Origin: an uncultured Candidatus Saccharibacteria bacterium
GTDB lineage: Bacteria > Patescibacteriota > WWE3 > 2-01-FULL-39-13
NCBI GenBank assembly: GCA_964370865.1
Contig: CAYJKF010000004.1
Location: 22,734-86,733 of the forward strand
Direction of reading: 5' to 3'
Length of the DNA: 64,000 bases
Positions 19,245 to 29,541 of this stretch are shown here, piece after piece. Position 1 is the first letter of the stretch. Each line of letters begins with the position of its first letter. The position numbers were made by a program, and so were the translations under genes. The notes under the pieces are model-generated. The model searched no databases, had not been told where the DNA came from, and was given only the letters and a program-made list of their open reading frames with translations.

Positions 19245-21212
19245 ATGGCAACTAAAGATAAAAAAACTACGGAAAAAGTAAATTATGGAGCAGATAATAT
19301 TGAAGTCTTAGAAGGGTTAGAACCAGTAAGAGTACGTCCAGGAATGTACATTGGATCGACCGATACACGTGGTCTTCACCACATGGTTAAAGAAATCATA
19401 GATAACTCAGTTGACGAAGCTTTAGCCGGCGAAAATAACATTATCGTAATTACAATCAATAAAGATAATTCGGTAATCGTTAGCGACGCAGGAAGAGGAA
19501 TTCCAGTTGATATTAAAAAAGGTTATGGCGTATCTGCATTAGAGCTTGCTATGACGAAACTTCACGCTGGAGGAAAATTTAGTGGGGGAGGATACAAAGT
19601 TTCAGGCGGATTACACGGAGTTGGTGCATCAGTAGTTAACGCATTATCAGAATCCACCAGAGTTGAGGTCAGAAAAGACGGAAAACTCTATCACCAAGAA
19701 TACGTAGAAGGAAAAAAGAAATATGCTGTAAAAGCCGATAAATTTTCGGCATCAAAATTCGAAAAGGAATCCCTCGCATCCTTAGAGAGAGGAACAACTA
19801 CTTACTTTAAAGCCGATCCTAAAATTTTCGAGGAAATTAACTTTGACTATAAAACGATCAGATCACAAATTAGAATTTTTGCATATCTAGTATCAGGATT
19901 ACGATTCAAACTAATCGATAAGAGAGAAGGGGTTGTCGAATCATTTTATTTTGAAGGCGGATTAAAGGCTTTTATAAAATCTTTAAATAGAAATAAGGAT
20001 TCAATTCATCCAAATATTTTTTATGTCAGAAAAACGGCTGGAGAAATGGAAGTCGAGGTAGCATTTCAATACACAGACAGTTTTAATCCAACAGAATACA
20101 GCTTTGCCAATAATATTCGTACACCAGATGGTGGAACACATTTAACAGGTTTTAGAGGAGCCTTAACAAGATCAATTAACGACTATTCAAAGAAAAATGA
20201 TCTCTTTAAGAAGGACGATGAGAAACTTTTAGGACCAGATACTTTAGAAGGAATTAGCGCAGCAGTGTCTATAAAAATTCCTTCGGCATTATTACAATTT
20301 GAAGGTCAAACAAAATCCAAACTAGGAACGGCAGAAGCGAGAAATATTGTTGAGTCAATTACAAAAGAAGCTCTTGACCAATTTTTAGAAGAAAATCCCA
20401 AAGATGGCGAATTGATAATAGGGAAGGCGTTGTTGGCGGCGAGAGCAAGGAACGCAGCACGAGCCGCTAGAGATGCCATAATTAGAAAAGGCGCACTTGA
20501 AGGAACAAGCTTACCTGGAAAACTAGCTGACTGTAGAACCAAAAATGCGGATGAAGCAGAATTATTTATCGTAGAAGGAGATTCAGCAGGAGGTACGGCT
20601 AAACAGGCAAGGAATAGTGAATTCCAAGCTATCTTGCCACTATTTGGAAAAATATTAAACACCGAAAGAGCAAGACTAGATCAAGTTGTTAAAAACGACA
20701 AATTAAAATTACTAATTAGAGCTCTCGGCACAGGAGTAGGGGAAACTTTTGATATTAAAAATATTCGTTATAAAAAATTGATCATAATGTCTGATGCTGA
20801 TGTTGATGGAGCACACATTAGAACTCTATATCTAACTTTCATTTTCAGACATTTACCTGAACTTATTGCGAGTGGCTTTTTATACGCAGCGGTACCACCT
20901 CTCTACAAAGCATCTTGGGGTAAAAATAAAAGGTATTTATACGATGAGGAAGAAAGAGACCAATTCGAAAAAGAAATAGTAAAAGAAACTAAAAACTATG
21001 TCGTTACTAGGTTTAAAGGTCTTGGAGAAATGAATTATGAAGAATTACGAGAAACCATGGATCCTAAAACCCGTATTTTAAAAAGAATTACTATTGAGGA
21101 TGCAGAGGAATCAAGCGAAGTTTTTGAAATGTTAATGGGTGAAAATGTAGCACCTAGAAAACATTTTATACAAGCTAATGCAGCTATGGCTGATTTAGAC
21201 TTACAAGCATAA
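19245..21212 (+). CDS. gyrB: DNA gyrase subunit B
   Basis: Shows the GHKL ATPase motifs (HHMVKEIIDNSVDEA, GLHGVGASVVNALS), the Toprim EGDSAGG motif and the GyrB C-terminal tail. Confidence 0.95.
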   Translation: MATKDKKTTEKVNYGADNIEVLEGLEPVRVRPGMYIGSTDTRGLHHMVKEIIDNSVDEALAGENNIIVITINKDNSVIVSDAGRGIPVDIKKGYGVSALELAMTKLHAGGKFSGGGYKVSGGLHGVGASVVNALSESTRVEVRKDGKLYHQEYVEGKKKYAVKADKFSASKFEKESLASLERGTTTYFKADPKIFEEINFDYKTIRSQIRIFAYLVSGLRFKLIDKREGVVESFYFEGGLKAFIKSLNRNKDSIHPNIFYVRKTAGEMEVEVAFQYTDSFNPTEYSFANNIRTPDGGTHLTGFRGALTRSINDYSKKNDLFKKDDEKLLGPDTLEGISAAVSIKIPSALLQFEGQTKSKLGTAEARNIVESITKEALDQFLEENPKDGELIIGKALLAARARNAARAARDAIIRKGALEGTSLPGKLADCRTKNADEAELFIVEGDSAGGTAKQARNSEFQAILPLFGKILNTERARLDQVVKNDKLKLLIRALGTGVGETFDIKNIRYKKLIIMSDADVDGAHIRTLYLTFIFRHLPELIASGFLYAAVPPLYKASWGKNKRYLYDEEERDQFEKEIVKETKNYVVTRFKGLGEMNYEELRETMDPKTRILKRITIEDAEESSEVFEMLMGENVAPRKHFIQANAAMADLDLQA

Positions 21213-21213
21213 G

Positions 21214-22464
21214 ATGAAAATAATAGAAATCATAAAATCAAATTTTCTATCACTGCTCATAACTATCGGAACTTTATGGCTTCTTGAAAGTGTATTTGGA
21301 ATCGATTTATTTAACATCGGAATTCTCGTTGTTGGATTTTTAATTACCTTCCTAATTCAATTCAATAAAAAACTCTCTCAAAACCAAAACCACGTAAACA
21401 TTCTCTTTGCGACGATATCACTCGTAATATCATTTTTATTCTTCAAGAATCCAATTAATATAATTGTGTTTTTACTAGGATGTAATCTAGCCGCTATTTA
21501 TGTTCAAACATATAGACTAAAAGAACATACCTTTGATATATCTATTGCAAATGTTGTAGGTCTAGCAAACATTTTGCTATTTAGTGGAATAGAAAAATTT
21601 AGAGGAGCGAACAAACTAGATGAAGGAGACATACAACTTACAATTCCTTTGATAATTCTAATCTCGCTGATGATGTATGTCCTAAATTTACTAGCTTATT
21701 CAGCTTTATCTAAAAAATTCACCAAACATATAAAGGCTAAAATAACCATGGTTAGCTACATTGTCTACGTGGTACTAATATTTATCGTGACATTTCCTGT
21801 TTATAAAGAGGTCGGTAGTGATGTGATTTTCGTACCTGTATTGGCAGGTATTATAGCCGGCTTGATGAGAAGCTTTATAAAGCCAAGAAGCGTGTTCAAC
21901 GAAATATTAGAAGTAGTTCTTTGCGTGATGCTTCCTTTTCAAATAGCTGGTTTTATGGGAGTTGGATTATCTATCCTAACATTCTATCTTTGCTACTCAT
22001 TAATTGGAGTACTAATTAACAATTTTGATACGGTTAGCATGTTATCAATAGTTAAACTCAGTCCTTTACTCTACTTGCTCGCTTCCCAAGAAATTAGAGA
22101 AAATAAAGGTCTCATTAATAGACTGGACATCACCAATGGCTACCAACTCGGATGGATTTTAATATGTTTGATATTAGTCAAATTCGTTGCGCTATACTAT
22201 CAACCGTTTTTAAAATGGCTTGGAAAAAATGACCTATCGAAATTTACACAAACCTTAGTGCCACTTTTTACTTTAGTTATATTTGTTATTATAATAAGAT
22301 TAGGACGTGCAGAAGGGGCAATTGCACTAATAACAAGTTTTGTAGCTTTTCTATACATCTACAACTTATTTGAAAAACGATTACATCGTGAGCAATTACG
22401 ATTAACATCGTCTTTAGCCCAATTTGCTGGTACCTTAACGTTTTTAGTTTTAACAACATTTTAG
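21214..22464 (+). CDS. polytopic membrane protein (hypothetical)
   Basis: 416 aa with about 12 hydrophobic segments. Inserted between gyrB and ppa/gyrA. Confidence 0.55.
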   Translation: MKIIEIIKSNFLSLLITIGTLWLLESVFGIDLFNIGILVVGFLITFLIQFNKKLSQNQNHVNILFATISLVISFLFFKNPINIIVFLLGCNLAAIYVQTYRLKEHTFDISIANVVGLANILLFSGIEKFRGANKLDEGDIQLTIPLIILISLMMYVLNLLAYSALSKKFTKHIKAKITMVSYIVYVVLIFIVTFPVYKEVGSDVIFVPVLAGIIAGLMRSFIKPRSVFNEILEVVLCVMLPFQIAGFMGVGLSILTFYLCYSLIGVLINNFDTVSMLSIVKLSPLLYLLASQEIRENKGLINRLDITNGYQLGWILICLILVKFVALYYQPFLKWLGKNDLSKFTQTLVPLFTLVIFVIIIRLGRAEGAIALITSFVAFLYIYNLFEKRLHREQLRLTSSLAQFAGTLTFLVLTTF

Positions 22465-22475
22465 AAAGGAAAAAA

Positions 22476-23021
22476 ATGAACTTATTTCATGCTATTAAGC
22501 AGGACAGGGCTCCTGAGTTCTTAAACGTTTTAGTCGAAATACCAAGAGGCGATTTTGTAAAATACGAATACAACCACACTTATGGAGTATTAGAAGTGGA
22601 TAGAGTTTTGTATGGTCCAGTACACTATCCAACTGTATATGCTGATGTACCAAACACTTGGAACAAGGGCGATGGAGATCCACTAGATGCAGTAGTTTAC
22701 ACAACTGGAAACATTGTTCCTGGAGCACTTGTCATTACAAGAGTTATCGGAGTCATGGAAATGATTGATAATGGGGAAGTTGACAATAAAATTATTACAG
22801 TAAACGACAAAGATCCTCGATATAAAAATATTGAAAACCTAGAAGATCTTCCTTCATATTACTTAAAAGATTTACAAACATTTATGGAAACTTATAAATA
22901 TGCTCAAAGTGGACCTGGAACAGTTCAAATTCCTGGTTTTAAATCAAAAGAAGAAGCATACAAAATTATTCTAGAAGCTATGAAAGATTATCAAGATAAA
23001 TACGGAAACGTAACAGAGTAA
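22476..23021 (+). CDS. ppa: inorganic pyrophosphatase (family I)
   Basis: DGDPLDAVV motif, 181 aa. Confidence 0.85.
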   Translation: MNLFHAIKQDRAPEFLNVLVEIPRGDFVKYEYNHTYGVLEVDRVLYGPVHYPTVYADVPNTWNKGDGDPLDAVVYTTGNIVPGALVITRVIGVMEMIDNGEVDNKIITVNDKDPRYKNIENLEDLPSYYLKDLQTFMETYKYAQSGPGTVQIPGFKSKEEAYKIILEAMKDYQDKYGNVTE

Positions 23022-23035
23022 AACAATAAAAATAA

Positions 23036-25654
23036 ATGACAGACCAAACGGACCTAAAGGAATTAGGACAAATTAAAGATATTCACGGAGGAGAGATTGT
23101 CTCAACATCCATCGTAAATGAAATGAAGAAGTCTTACCTAGACTATGCTATGAGCGTTATTGTCGCTAGAGCACTTCCAGATATTAGGGATGGTCTAAAA
23201 CCTGTACAGAGAAGAATCATATATGCAGCAAACGAAATGGGGCTTACTTATACATCCAGATATCGAAAAGCTGCCACTCTAGTTGGAGAGGTAATGGGTA
23301 AGTATCATCCTCACGGAGATCAATCTATCTATGATGCTCTCGTTCGAATGGCTCAGGATTTCTCCCTACGATATACATTAATCGACGGACAAGGTAACTG
23401 GGGAAACATCGATGGTGACGGTGCAGCTGCTATGAGGTATACGGAGTGTAAGATGGAAAAGCTTTCTGATTATCTACTTCATGACATTGATAAAAATACA
23501 GTAGAATTTGCTGATAACTTCTCTGGTGAACAAAAAGAGCCTCAAGTGCTTCCATCTGGAATTCCAAATTTATTAATGAACGGAGCTTTAGGAATTGCAG
23601 TTGGAATGGCCACAAACATTCCTCCTCATAACTTAAATGAACTAATAGATGCGATAATGCTATTTTTTGATAGCTCTAAAATAGTAAAGAAAGAATTAAA
23701 AACTCACACAGATACAATTTACCAAGTAGTTGAAACAACTTGCGAAATTCAAGATTGGGAATTAGAACATAAAATTACAGTTGAAGAATTATACAAAGTA
23801 ATCAAAGGCCCGGATTTTCCAACGGGATGTACGATTTACGATAAATCAGAAATATTAAATTACTTATCAACCGGAAGAGGACGTATTGTACAACAGGCTA
23901 AAGCAGAAATTAAGGAATCAAAGTCAGGCAAATTTCATATTGTAATAACTGAAATTCCGTATCAAGTTACCAAAGCCACGTTAGTCGAAAAAATAGGTAA
24001 CTTAGTTAACGAGAAAAAAATCAAAGATATTAGCGCAATTAAAGATACAAGTAGTGGAGAAAGCATTGAAATTATTATCGAATTAAAGAAAGAAGCCAGA
24101 CCACAAAAAGTATTGAATTCCTTGTACAAATATACGCAGCTACAGCAATCTTTCAGTGCAAATATGATTGCACTTATTGATAATCAGCCACAAACATTCG
24201 GCTTAATTACTTATCTTGATGAGTTTATAAAATTCAGAAAAGAAGTCATTACAAATAGAACGATTTACATGTTGAAGAAAGCAAGAGAGAGAGAGCACAT
24301 TCTTCAAGGATTAAAAATTGCTTTGGATTTTATTGACGAAGTTATTGAAATCATTAAAAAATCAAAAGACACAAATACTGCAAAAGAAAAATTAATGGCA
24401 AGGTTTAAGTTAACTGAAGTGCAGACCTTGGCAATATTGGATATGCAGTTAAAGCGGCTTGCCGCGCTTGAGAGAGAAAAAATCGAAGATGAATTGAAAC
24501 AAATCGAGAAAAATATAAGGGAATATTTAGCGATACTCGGCAAGCCGGCAAAAATGATCGAAATAATTAAGAACGAGTTAATGGATGTTAAAGAGGCATT
24601 CGGAGACAAAAGGCGAACAAAGGTAGTCGCAGGAAAAATCGGCGAATTCAGCGAAGAAGATTTAATAGCTGATGAAGAAACTCTTATTGCTATTACCGAA
24701 ACTGGCTATATAAAACGAATGAAACCATCTAACTACAGAATTCAATCAAGAGGTGGTAAAGGTGTCGTTGGAATGAAAACAAAAGACGCAGATGAAGTCA
24801 TAATGCTAAGATCTGCAACAACTCATGATCGAATACTATTTTTTACAAATAAAGGAAAAATCTATGAGAAAAAAGTTTGGGATATTGATGAAAGCAATAG
24901 AACAAGTAAAGGTACGGCTCTTGTAAATATTATTGAAATTGCTTCAGATGAAAAAATCCAAGAAATCATAACAATCAGTAAGGAACTCGATAAAGAAGCT
25001 ACATCGAAATATGTAGTCCTAGCAACTTCTGATGGCTCGATTAAGAAAACAAAATTATCGGATTTCACTAATATAAGAAGAACCGGAATTATTGCAATCG
25101 GAATGGATGAAGGTTCAAGTCTAGTTGGCGCAAAATTAAGTGACGGCAAATCCCAAATTTTAATGGTTACCACTAAAGGTAAGTCAATTAGATTTAAAGA
25201 ATCAGACGTAAGAGAAATGGGCAGATCTGCAGGAGGTGTTAGAGGAATAAAGATAAAATCTGATGACCACGTAGTATCACTCGAAGTATTACCGGCAGGT
25301 ACTAAAGACACAAATAAAATTCTTTGTATTATGAGCCGAGGCTATGGAAAATGTACCTTACTTAAAGGATATTCATTGCAGGGTAGGGGAGGAAGCGGAG
25401 TTAAAGCAGCTAAGGTTACTACCAAAACAGGAGATATAATTTCGGTCAAAAGATTAGACGAAAACTTAACAGATGTAATAATGACTTCACAAGGCGGACA
25501 AGTTATTAGAATTCCTGTGTCCTCAATTCCTGTATCAAGCAGAGACACACAAGGAGTCATTTTAATGAGATTAAAAGCGGGAGACTTTGTCTCGGCAGTT
25601 TCCACAATCGCTGAAGGAGATGAGGAAGAAGAATTACCACCTACTGAGTCCTAA
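23036..25654 (+). CDS. gyrA: DNA gyrase subunit A
   Basis: Active-site region AAMRYTE, a QRDR-like GKYHPHGDQSIYDAL and the GyrA-box QSRGGKG in the C-terminal domain. Confidence 0.95.
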   Translation: MTDQTDLKELGQIKDIHGGEIVSTSIVNEMKKSYLDYAMSVIVARALPDIRDGLKPVQRRIIYAANEMGLTYTSRYRKAATLVGEVMGKYHPHGDQSIYDALVRMAQDFSLRYTLIDGQGNWGNIDGDGAAAMRYTECKMEKLSDYLLHDIDKNTVEFADNFSGEQKEPQVLPSGIPNLLMNGALGIAVGMATNIPPHNLNELIDAIMLFFDSSKIVKKELKTHTDTIYQVVETTCEIQDWELEHKITVEELYKVIKGPDFPTGCTIYDKSEILNYLSTGRGRIVQQAKAEIKESKSGKFHIVITEIPYQVTKATLVEKIGNLVNEKKIKDISAIKDTSSGESIEIIIELKKEARPQKVLNSLYKYTQLQQSFSANMIALIDNQPQTFGLITYLDEFIKFRKEVITNRTIYMLKKAREREHILQGLKIALDFIDEVIEIIKKSKDTNTAKEKLMARFKLTEVQTLAILDMQLKRLAALEREKIEDELKQIEKNIREYLAILGKPAKMIEIIKNELMDVKEAFGDKRRTKVVAGKIGEFSEEDLIADEETLIAITETGYIKRMKPSNYRIQSRGGKGVVGMKTKDADEVIMLRSATTHDRILFFTNKGKIYEKKVWDIDESNRTSKGTALVNIIEIASDEKIQEIITISKELDKEATSKYVVLATSDGSIKKTKLSDFTNIRRTGIIAIGMDEGSSLVGAKLSDGKSQILMVTTKGKSIRFKESDVREMGRSAGGVRGIKIKSDDHVVSLEVLPAGTKDTNKILCIMSRGYGKCTLLKGYSLQGRGGSGVKAAKVTTKTGDIISVKRLDENLTDVIMTSQGGQVIRIPVSSIPVSSRDTQGVILMRLKAGDFVSAVSTIAEGDEEEELPPTES

Positions 25655-25724
25655 CCGTCTGGAATAAAATCGCACGAGAGGAAAAAATGGCTTCGGGAAA
25701 TTTTGTCCTATTGATTAGCCGATA

Positions 25725-26003
25725 CTATTTTCCTTGGTCCAGTTTTATAAGTTGCTCATAATCCAACCATAAAAACTTACCTGGACAAATATCTTCTAAC
25801 ATAACGTAATGTGGATGCTCAAGGTAGGAGTAGTAGTAAACATAAATTCCTTTAGCACCTTCATGCTCAGCATGGTTGGTCACCATCACAGGATCACCTG
25901 TCTTAAATTCTACTATTACTTCACACCCGTGTTCCTGAATTGAATCTTGGCCACTTAATAAAGTTGACGTGTCGGGTTGCTCTAAAGGTTCTTGGATAAT
26001 CAT
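25725..26003 (-). CDS. hypothetical small protein
   Basis: 92-aa ORF with no motif. Confidence 0.4.
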   Translation of the reverse strand: MIIQEPLEQPDTSTLLSGQDSIQEHGCEVIVEFKTGDPVMVTNHAEHEGAKGIYVYYYSYLEHPHYVMLEDICPGKFLWLDYEQLIKLDQGK

Positions 26004-26042
26004 GGAGAGATTATACCAATTTGGTAGTAGAATTAAATAAAT

Positions 26043-26537
26043 ATGAATATCACCCTAAAAACATTAAGACCAACCATACTTTTAATAGGTTGTATTTTAC
26101 TTTCACAATCTGCAGGAATTATCGGAAGTTTCTTTACAATAGACGCGATTCAAGGGTGGTATATGACTTTAAACCGACCTGGCATTGCTCCACCTAATTG
26201 GGTTTTTGCACCAGTATGGACTTCTTTATACACAATGATGGGAATTTCATTTTTCCTTGTCATTCGAAAAGGGATAAGCAATACGACGGTTAAAATAGCG
26301 TCTGCAATTTTCCTCCTCCAGCTAATCCTAAACGCAGCCTGGTCAATTGTATTTTTTGGAAATCAAAATTTACAGGCTGCTTTTCTAGTAATCATAATGC
26401 TTATTGTACTTATAGTAGGAAACATATTTTATTTCTATAAAATAAGTCGCTGGGCAGCGTACTTGCTAATACCTTACTTAGCATGGGTCAGTTTTGCCTC
26501 AATTTTGAATTACCAATTTTGGATGTTGAATAGATAA
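26043..26537 (+). CDS. tspO: TspO/MBR tryptophan-rich sensory protein
   Basis: WYMTLNRPGIAPPNWVFAPVWTSLYTMMGIS matches the TspO signature. 5 TM, 164 aa. Confidence 0.75.
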   Translation: MNITLKTLRPTILLIGCILLSQSAGIIGSFFTIDAIQGWYMTLNRPGIAPPNWVFAPVWTSLYTMMGISFFLVIRKGISNTTVKIASAIFLLQLILNAAWSIVFFGNQNLQAAFLVIIMLIVLIVGNIFYFYKISRWAAYLLIPYLAWVSFASILNYQFWMLNR

Positions 26538-26551
26538 AACTGAATTCTAGG

Positions 26552-27292
26552 ATGCTGAATTTCATCGAGTTACAATACATAAAAGAAGGTACAAAACAGC
26601 CGGAAATATTTGGAATTGACGAGGTAGGTAGGGGATGTCTTGCTGGTCCAATCGTGGCAGGATGTGTTAAATGGAATTGGAAATTTATTCAATCTGAGCT
26701 AAATAATCTTGAATCGCAACATCGTAATTTTATAATCGATATAAAAGATTCTAAAAAACTATCGCAAAAAAAACGAGAAATATTATCTAAATGGATAATT
26801 GATAATGCAGAATACTCAAATATTATTTCTATTGGAGCAGAGGAGATAGATAGAATCGGAATTCAAAAGGCAAACAAATTGGCGATGGCGTCATCCCTCC
26901 CAAATAGGGTCCGACCTTCATCCACAGCGGACCCCATTTATGTTCTTACTGACTACCTGAACATAGATAAGGAATTAATAGAGCAGGGTAGGGGAGTTTT
27001 AAAATCGATTCCTATATTACATGGTGAAGATAATTCACTATCTATAGCAAGTTCTTCAATCATTGCAAAAGTTTATCGAGACAATTTAATGAGAAATGAA
27101 ATGCACTTAAAGTATCCTAAATATGGATTTGATACAAATGTAGGCTATGGGACTAAAAAACATATAGAGTCAATTAAAAGGTATGGATTAGTTGATTTGC
27201 ACCGTAAATCATTCACATCTCACTTGGCAAATGGCATAACAAAACAAAGTGTCCTGACCTTAGCAAAGAGCGGACCCTATAAGGTACAATGA
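26552..27292 (+). CDS. rnhB: ribonuclease HII
   Basis: FGIDEVGRGCLAGPIVAGCV matches the RNase HII catalytic motif. The coding sequence contains two copies of the GGTCCGACC/CGGACCC repeat (26906-26935 and 27251-27280). Confidence 0.8.
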   Translation: MLNFIELQYIKEGTKQPEIFGIDEVGRGCLAGPIVAGCVKWNWKFIQSELNNLESQHRNFIIDIKDSKKLSQKKREILSKWIIDNAEYSNIISIGAEEIDRIGIQKANKLAMASSLPNRVRPSSTADPIYVLTDYLNIDKELIEQGRGVLKSIPILHGEDNSLSIASSSIIAKVYRDNLMRNEMHLKYPKYGFDTNVGYGTKKHIESIKRYGLVDLHRKSFTSHLANGITKQSVLTLAKSGPYKVQ

Positions 27293-27301
27293 TAATAAGA
27301 T

Positions 27302-29449
27302 ATGAAATTTCTGCTTATAAAAGTCCCTAGAAATAATGAATACACAACCCAACAGGCTTATGGATTGTTTAGCAGCCTTTTCATACAACCTAAATCCAAG
27401 GGAATAACTAGCCTTTTTACCAAAATCGCGCCAGCATACTTTTCATTTAACATAATATCTTTAAACCAAAACATTTATTTTATTGTTGGAAGTACAGACA
27501 ATGTGTCAGAGCATTTGTACAACCAAATATTAGCTCAATATCAAAAAGCCGATGTGAGTGAGTTACCACTAGAATCATTAATTAATGAAGAAAGATTAGC
27601 TGGGGCTACGTTCGCCGAACTGAATTTATCAGGAAATAACTTTTTACCAATAAAAAATCTAGAAGGAACAATGGAAGTAGATCCTATTACATCGGTATTA
27701 TCCTCAATGTCCAGATCGGCGGATCCAAGGGCATTCTTTTGGGTTCAAATTATAGTAAAAGCGGCCGATAATTCATGGCAATCAAAAGCTTTGCAAACGA
27801 TTTCTAAACTCTCTAGTGCAGAAGTCGTATCTCAATCTGCTCAATCAAAAATTGCCCAAATCCAAGAAAAAATAAAATTTAGCGGATTCTACTGTAATAC
27901 ACGGTTGATTGCCGACAGTGCCAGCAATTTAAATGCTTTATCATCATCCTTCAATATCTATGCAAATCCAGTTGGAAATTACTTTAAACTTTCAAAGCCA
28001 GGATTTATGAAAGAGAAAAAACTTTTTGAGGCAATACTTACTCATAGCCCATATGGAACTTCAAATATTTTGAATATTGCCGAAATTGCCTCCATTTGGC
28101 ATATGCCTAAAGGAAACCAGGATATTCCAAATATAATGTGGGGGAAGAAATTAGTACTTGATGGACCAGAAGATTTACCAGTAGCAAGACCAGATATGCC
28201 TGATGAAGAAAAGAAAGATTTAACTTTTATAGGAAAAGCTACGTATAAAAACCGACCACAGATTTTTGGTATAACAGCCAAGGATCGTTTGAGACACCTC
28301 TACATCGTTGGAAAAACTGGTACAGGTAAATCAGTACTTCTTGTTAATATGGCCATTGAGGATATACGTAAGGGTCATGGAATAGCCTTCTTAGATCCAC
28401 ATGGAGATGCAATTGATATTATTTTGAAATATATTCCTAAAAATAGAATAAATGATGTTTGTTATTTTAATCCATCCGATCCAGAGTATGCTTATCCTCT
28501 TAATATTTTAGAAGTTAGAAATGAAAGCCAGAGAGAGTTGATGGTCTCTGGAATAATCGCCATTTTCTATAAGATTTATTCGTACTCTTGGGGTCCGCGT
28601 CTTGAGCATATACTTAGAAATGTTTTGTTCACTTTGATATATGCTCAAGACGCAACACTTCCTGACGTCATGAAAATCCTTCATGATAAAAGCTACAGAG
28701 CTAAAGTATTAGAACGTATTTCGGATCCTCAAATACATCAATTCTGGACAAAAGAATTCGACTCTATGACCGAAAAATTCCGAGATGAAGCAATCGCTCC
28801 AATCCTAAATAAAGTTGGACAATTTGTAACTTCCCCAATTATTAGGAGAGTTATTCAATGGCCAAAATCTAAAGTTCACATTAGCGAACTGATGGATAAT
28901 AAAAAAATATTCCTATGCGATTTATCTCAAGGTAAGCTAGGGGAAGATAACGCTGCATTACTTGGCTCAATGATAATTACTCAAATCCAAGTTGCCACAA
29001 TGAATAGAGCATTTATTCCAGAGGAACAAAGAGTGCCATTCTACTTATATGTTGATGAGTTTCAAAATTTTGCCACGACTTCTTTTTCAAAAATACTGTC
29101 CGAAGCTAGAAAATATAAACTTGGGCTAATCCTCGCAAATCAATACATAACACAGATTGATGAGGATGTTATGAACGCAATTCTAGGAAATATCGGATCA
29201 ATCGCTTGTTATAACGTCGGTGCAAAAGATTCTGAGATCTTATATAAAGAATTTGGTGGGGCAGTGGAAGCAGAAGATTTATCTAACGGCCTCGATAAAT
29301 TCCAAATGATTATGAGAATGATGATGTCACAAACAATGTCACAACCATTCACATTCTATACGCTTCCATTACCAAAAAATATTTCTGGCCATCAAGACAA
29401 AATAATTGAAGCATCTCGCCGCCAATTTGGTGTTAAATTAACCAAGTAA
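27302..29449 (+). CDS. VirD4/TrwB/TraD-like P-loop NTPase (type IV coupling-protein family), paralog of 48086..50593
   Basis: Walker A VGKTGTGKS (TrwB-type GxTGTGKS), Walker B YLYVDEFQNF and a conserved ARKYKLGLILANQ. Collinear similarity to the 835-aa protein at 48086..50593. Confidence 0.6.
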   Translation: MKFLLIKVPRNNEYTTQQAYGLFSSLFIQPKSKGITSLFTKIAPAYFSFNIISLNQNIYFIVGSTDNVSEHLYNQILAQYQKADVSELPLESLINEERLAGATFAELNLSGNNFLPIKNLEGTMEVDPITSVLSSMSRSADPRAFFWVQIIVKAADNSWQSKALQTISKLSSAEVVSQSAQSKIAQIQEKIKFSGFYCNTRLIADSASNLNALSSSFNIYANPVGNYFKLSKPGFMKEKKLFEAILTHSPYGTSNILNIAEIASIWHMPKGNQDIPNIMWGKKLVLDGPEDLPVARPDMPDEEKKDLTFIGKATYKNRPQIFGITAKDRLRHLYIVGKTGTGKSVLLVNMAIEDIRKGHGIAFLDPHGDAIDIILKYIPKNRINDVCYFNPSDPEYAYPLNILEVRNESQRELMVSGIIAIFYKIYSYSWGPRLEHILRNVLFTLIYAQDATLPDVMKILHDKSYRAKVLERISDPQIHQFWTKEFDSMTEKFRDEAIAPILNKVGQFVTSPIIRRVIQWPKSKVHISELMDNKKIFLCDLSQGKLGEDNAALLGSMIITQIQVATMNRAFIPEEQRVPFYLYVDEFQNFATTSFSKILSEARKYKLGLILANQYITQIDEDVMNAILGNIGSIACYNVGAKDSEILYKEFGGAVEAEDLSNGLDKFQMIMRMMMSQTMSQPFTFYTLPLPKNISGHQDKIIEASRRQFGVKLTK

Positions 29450-29464
29450 CAGAGATTGCAAAAA

Positions 29465-29484
29465 GGGTAGGGGGTAGGGTAGGG
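29465..29484 (+). other. G-quadruplex-forming motif GGGTAGGGGGTAGGGTAGGG
   Basis: Four G-tracts of at least 3 separated by TA loops, in a 35% GC genome. Sits in the intergenic promoter region of pyk. Confidence 0.4.
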
Positions 29485-29541
29485 AAGTCAAAAATCTGCT
29501 AAGCTGATAAAGTTACAATATTAAATAAAAATAATTCAAAA

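Noticed and set aside
15261-25605. Antisense ORFs within pilB, pilT, pilC, gyrB, ppa and gyrA (15261..15455, 15531..15845, 16020..16463, 16865..17074, 17693..17986, 18831..19085, 20306..20662, 22495..22728, 23430..23615, 24304..24609, 24862..25311, 25342..25605)
   Set aside because: Embedded in or antisense to highly confident housekeeping genes. Typical shadow ORFs.
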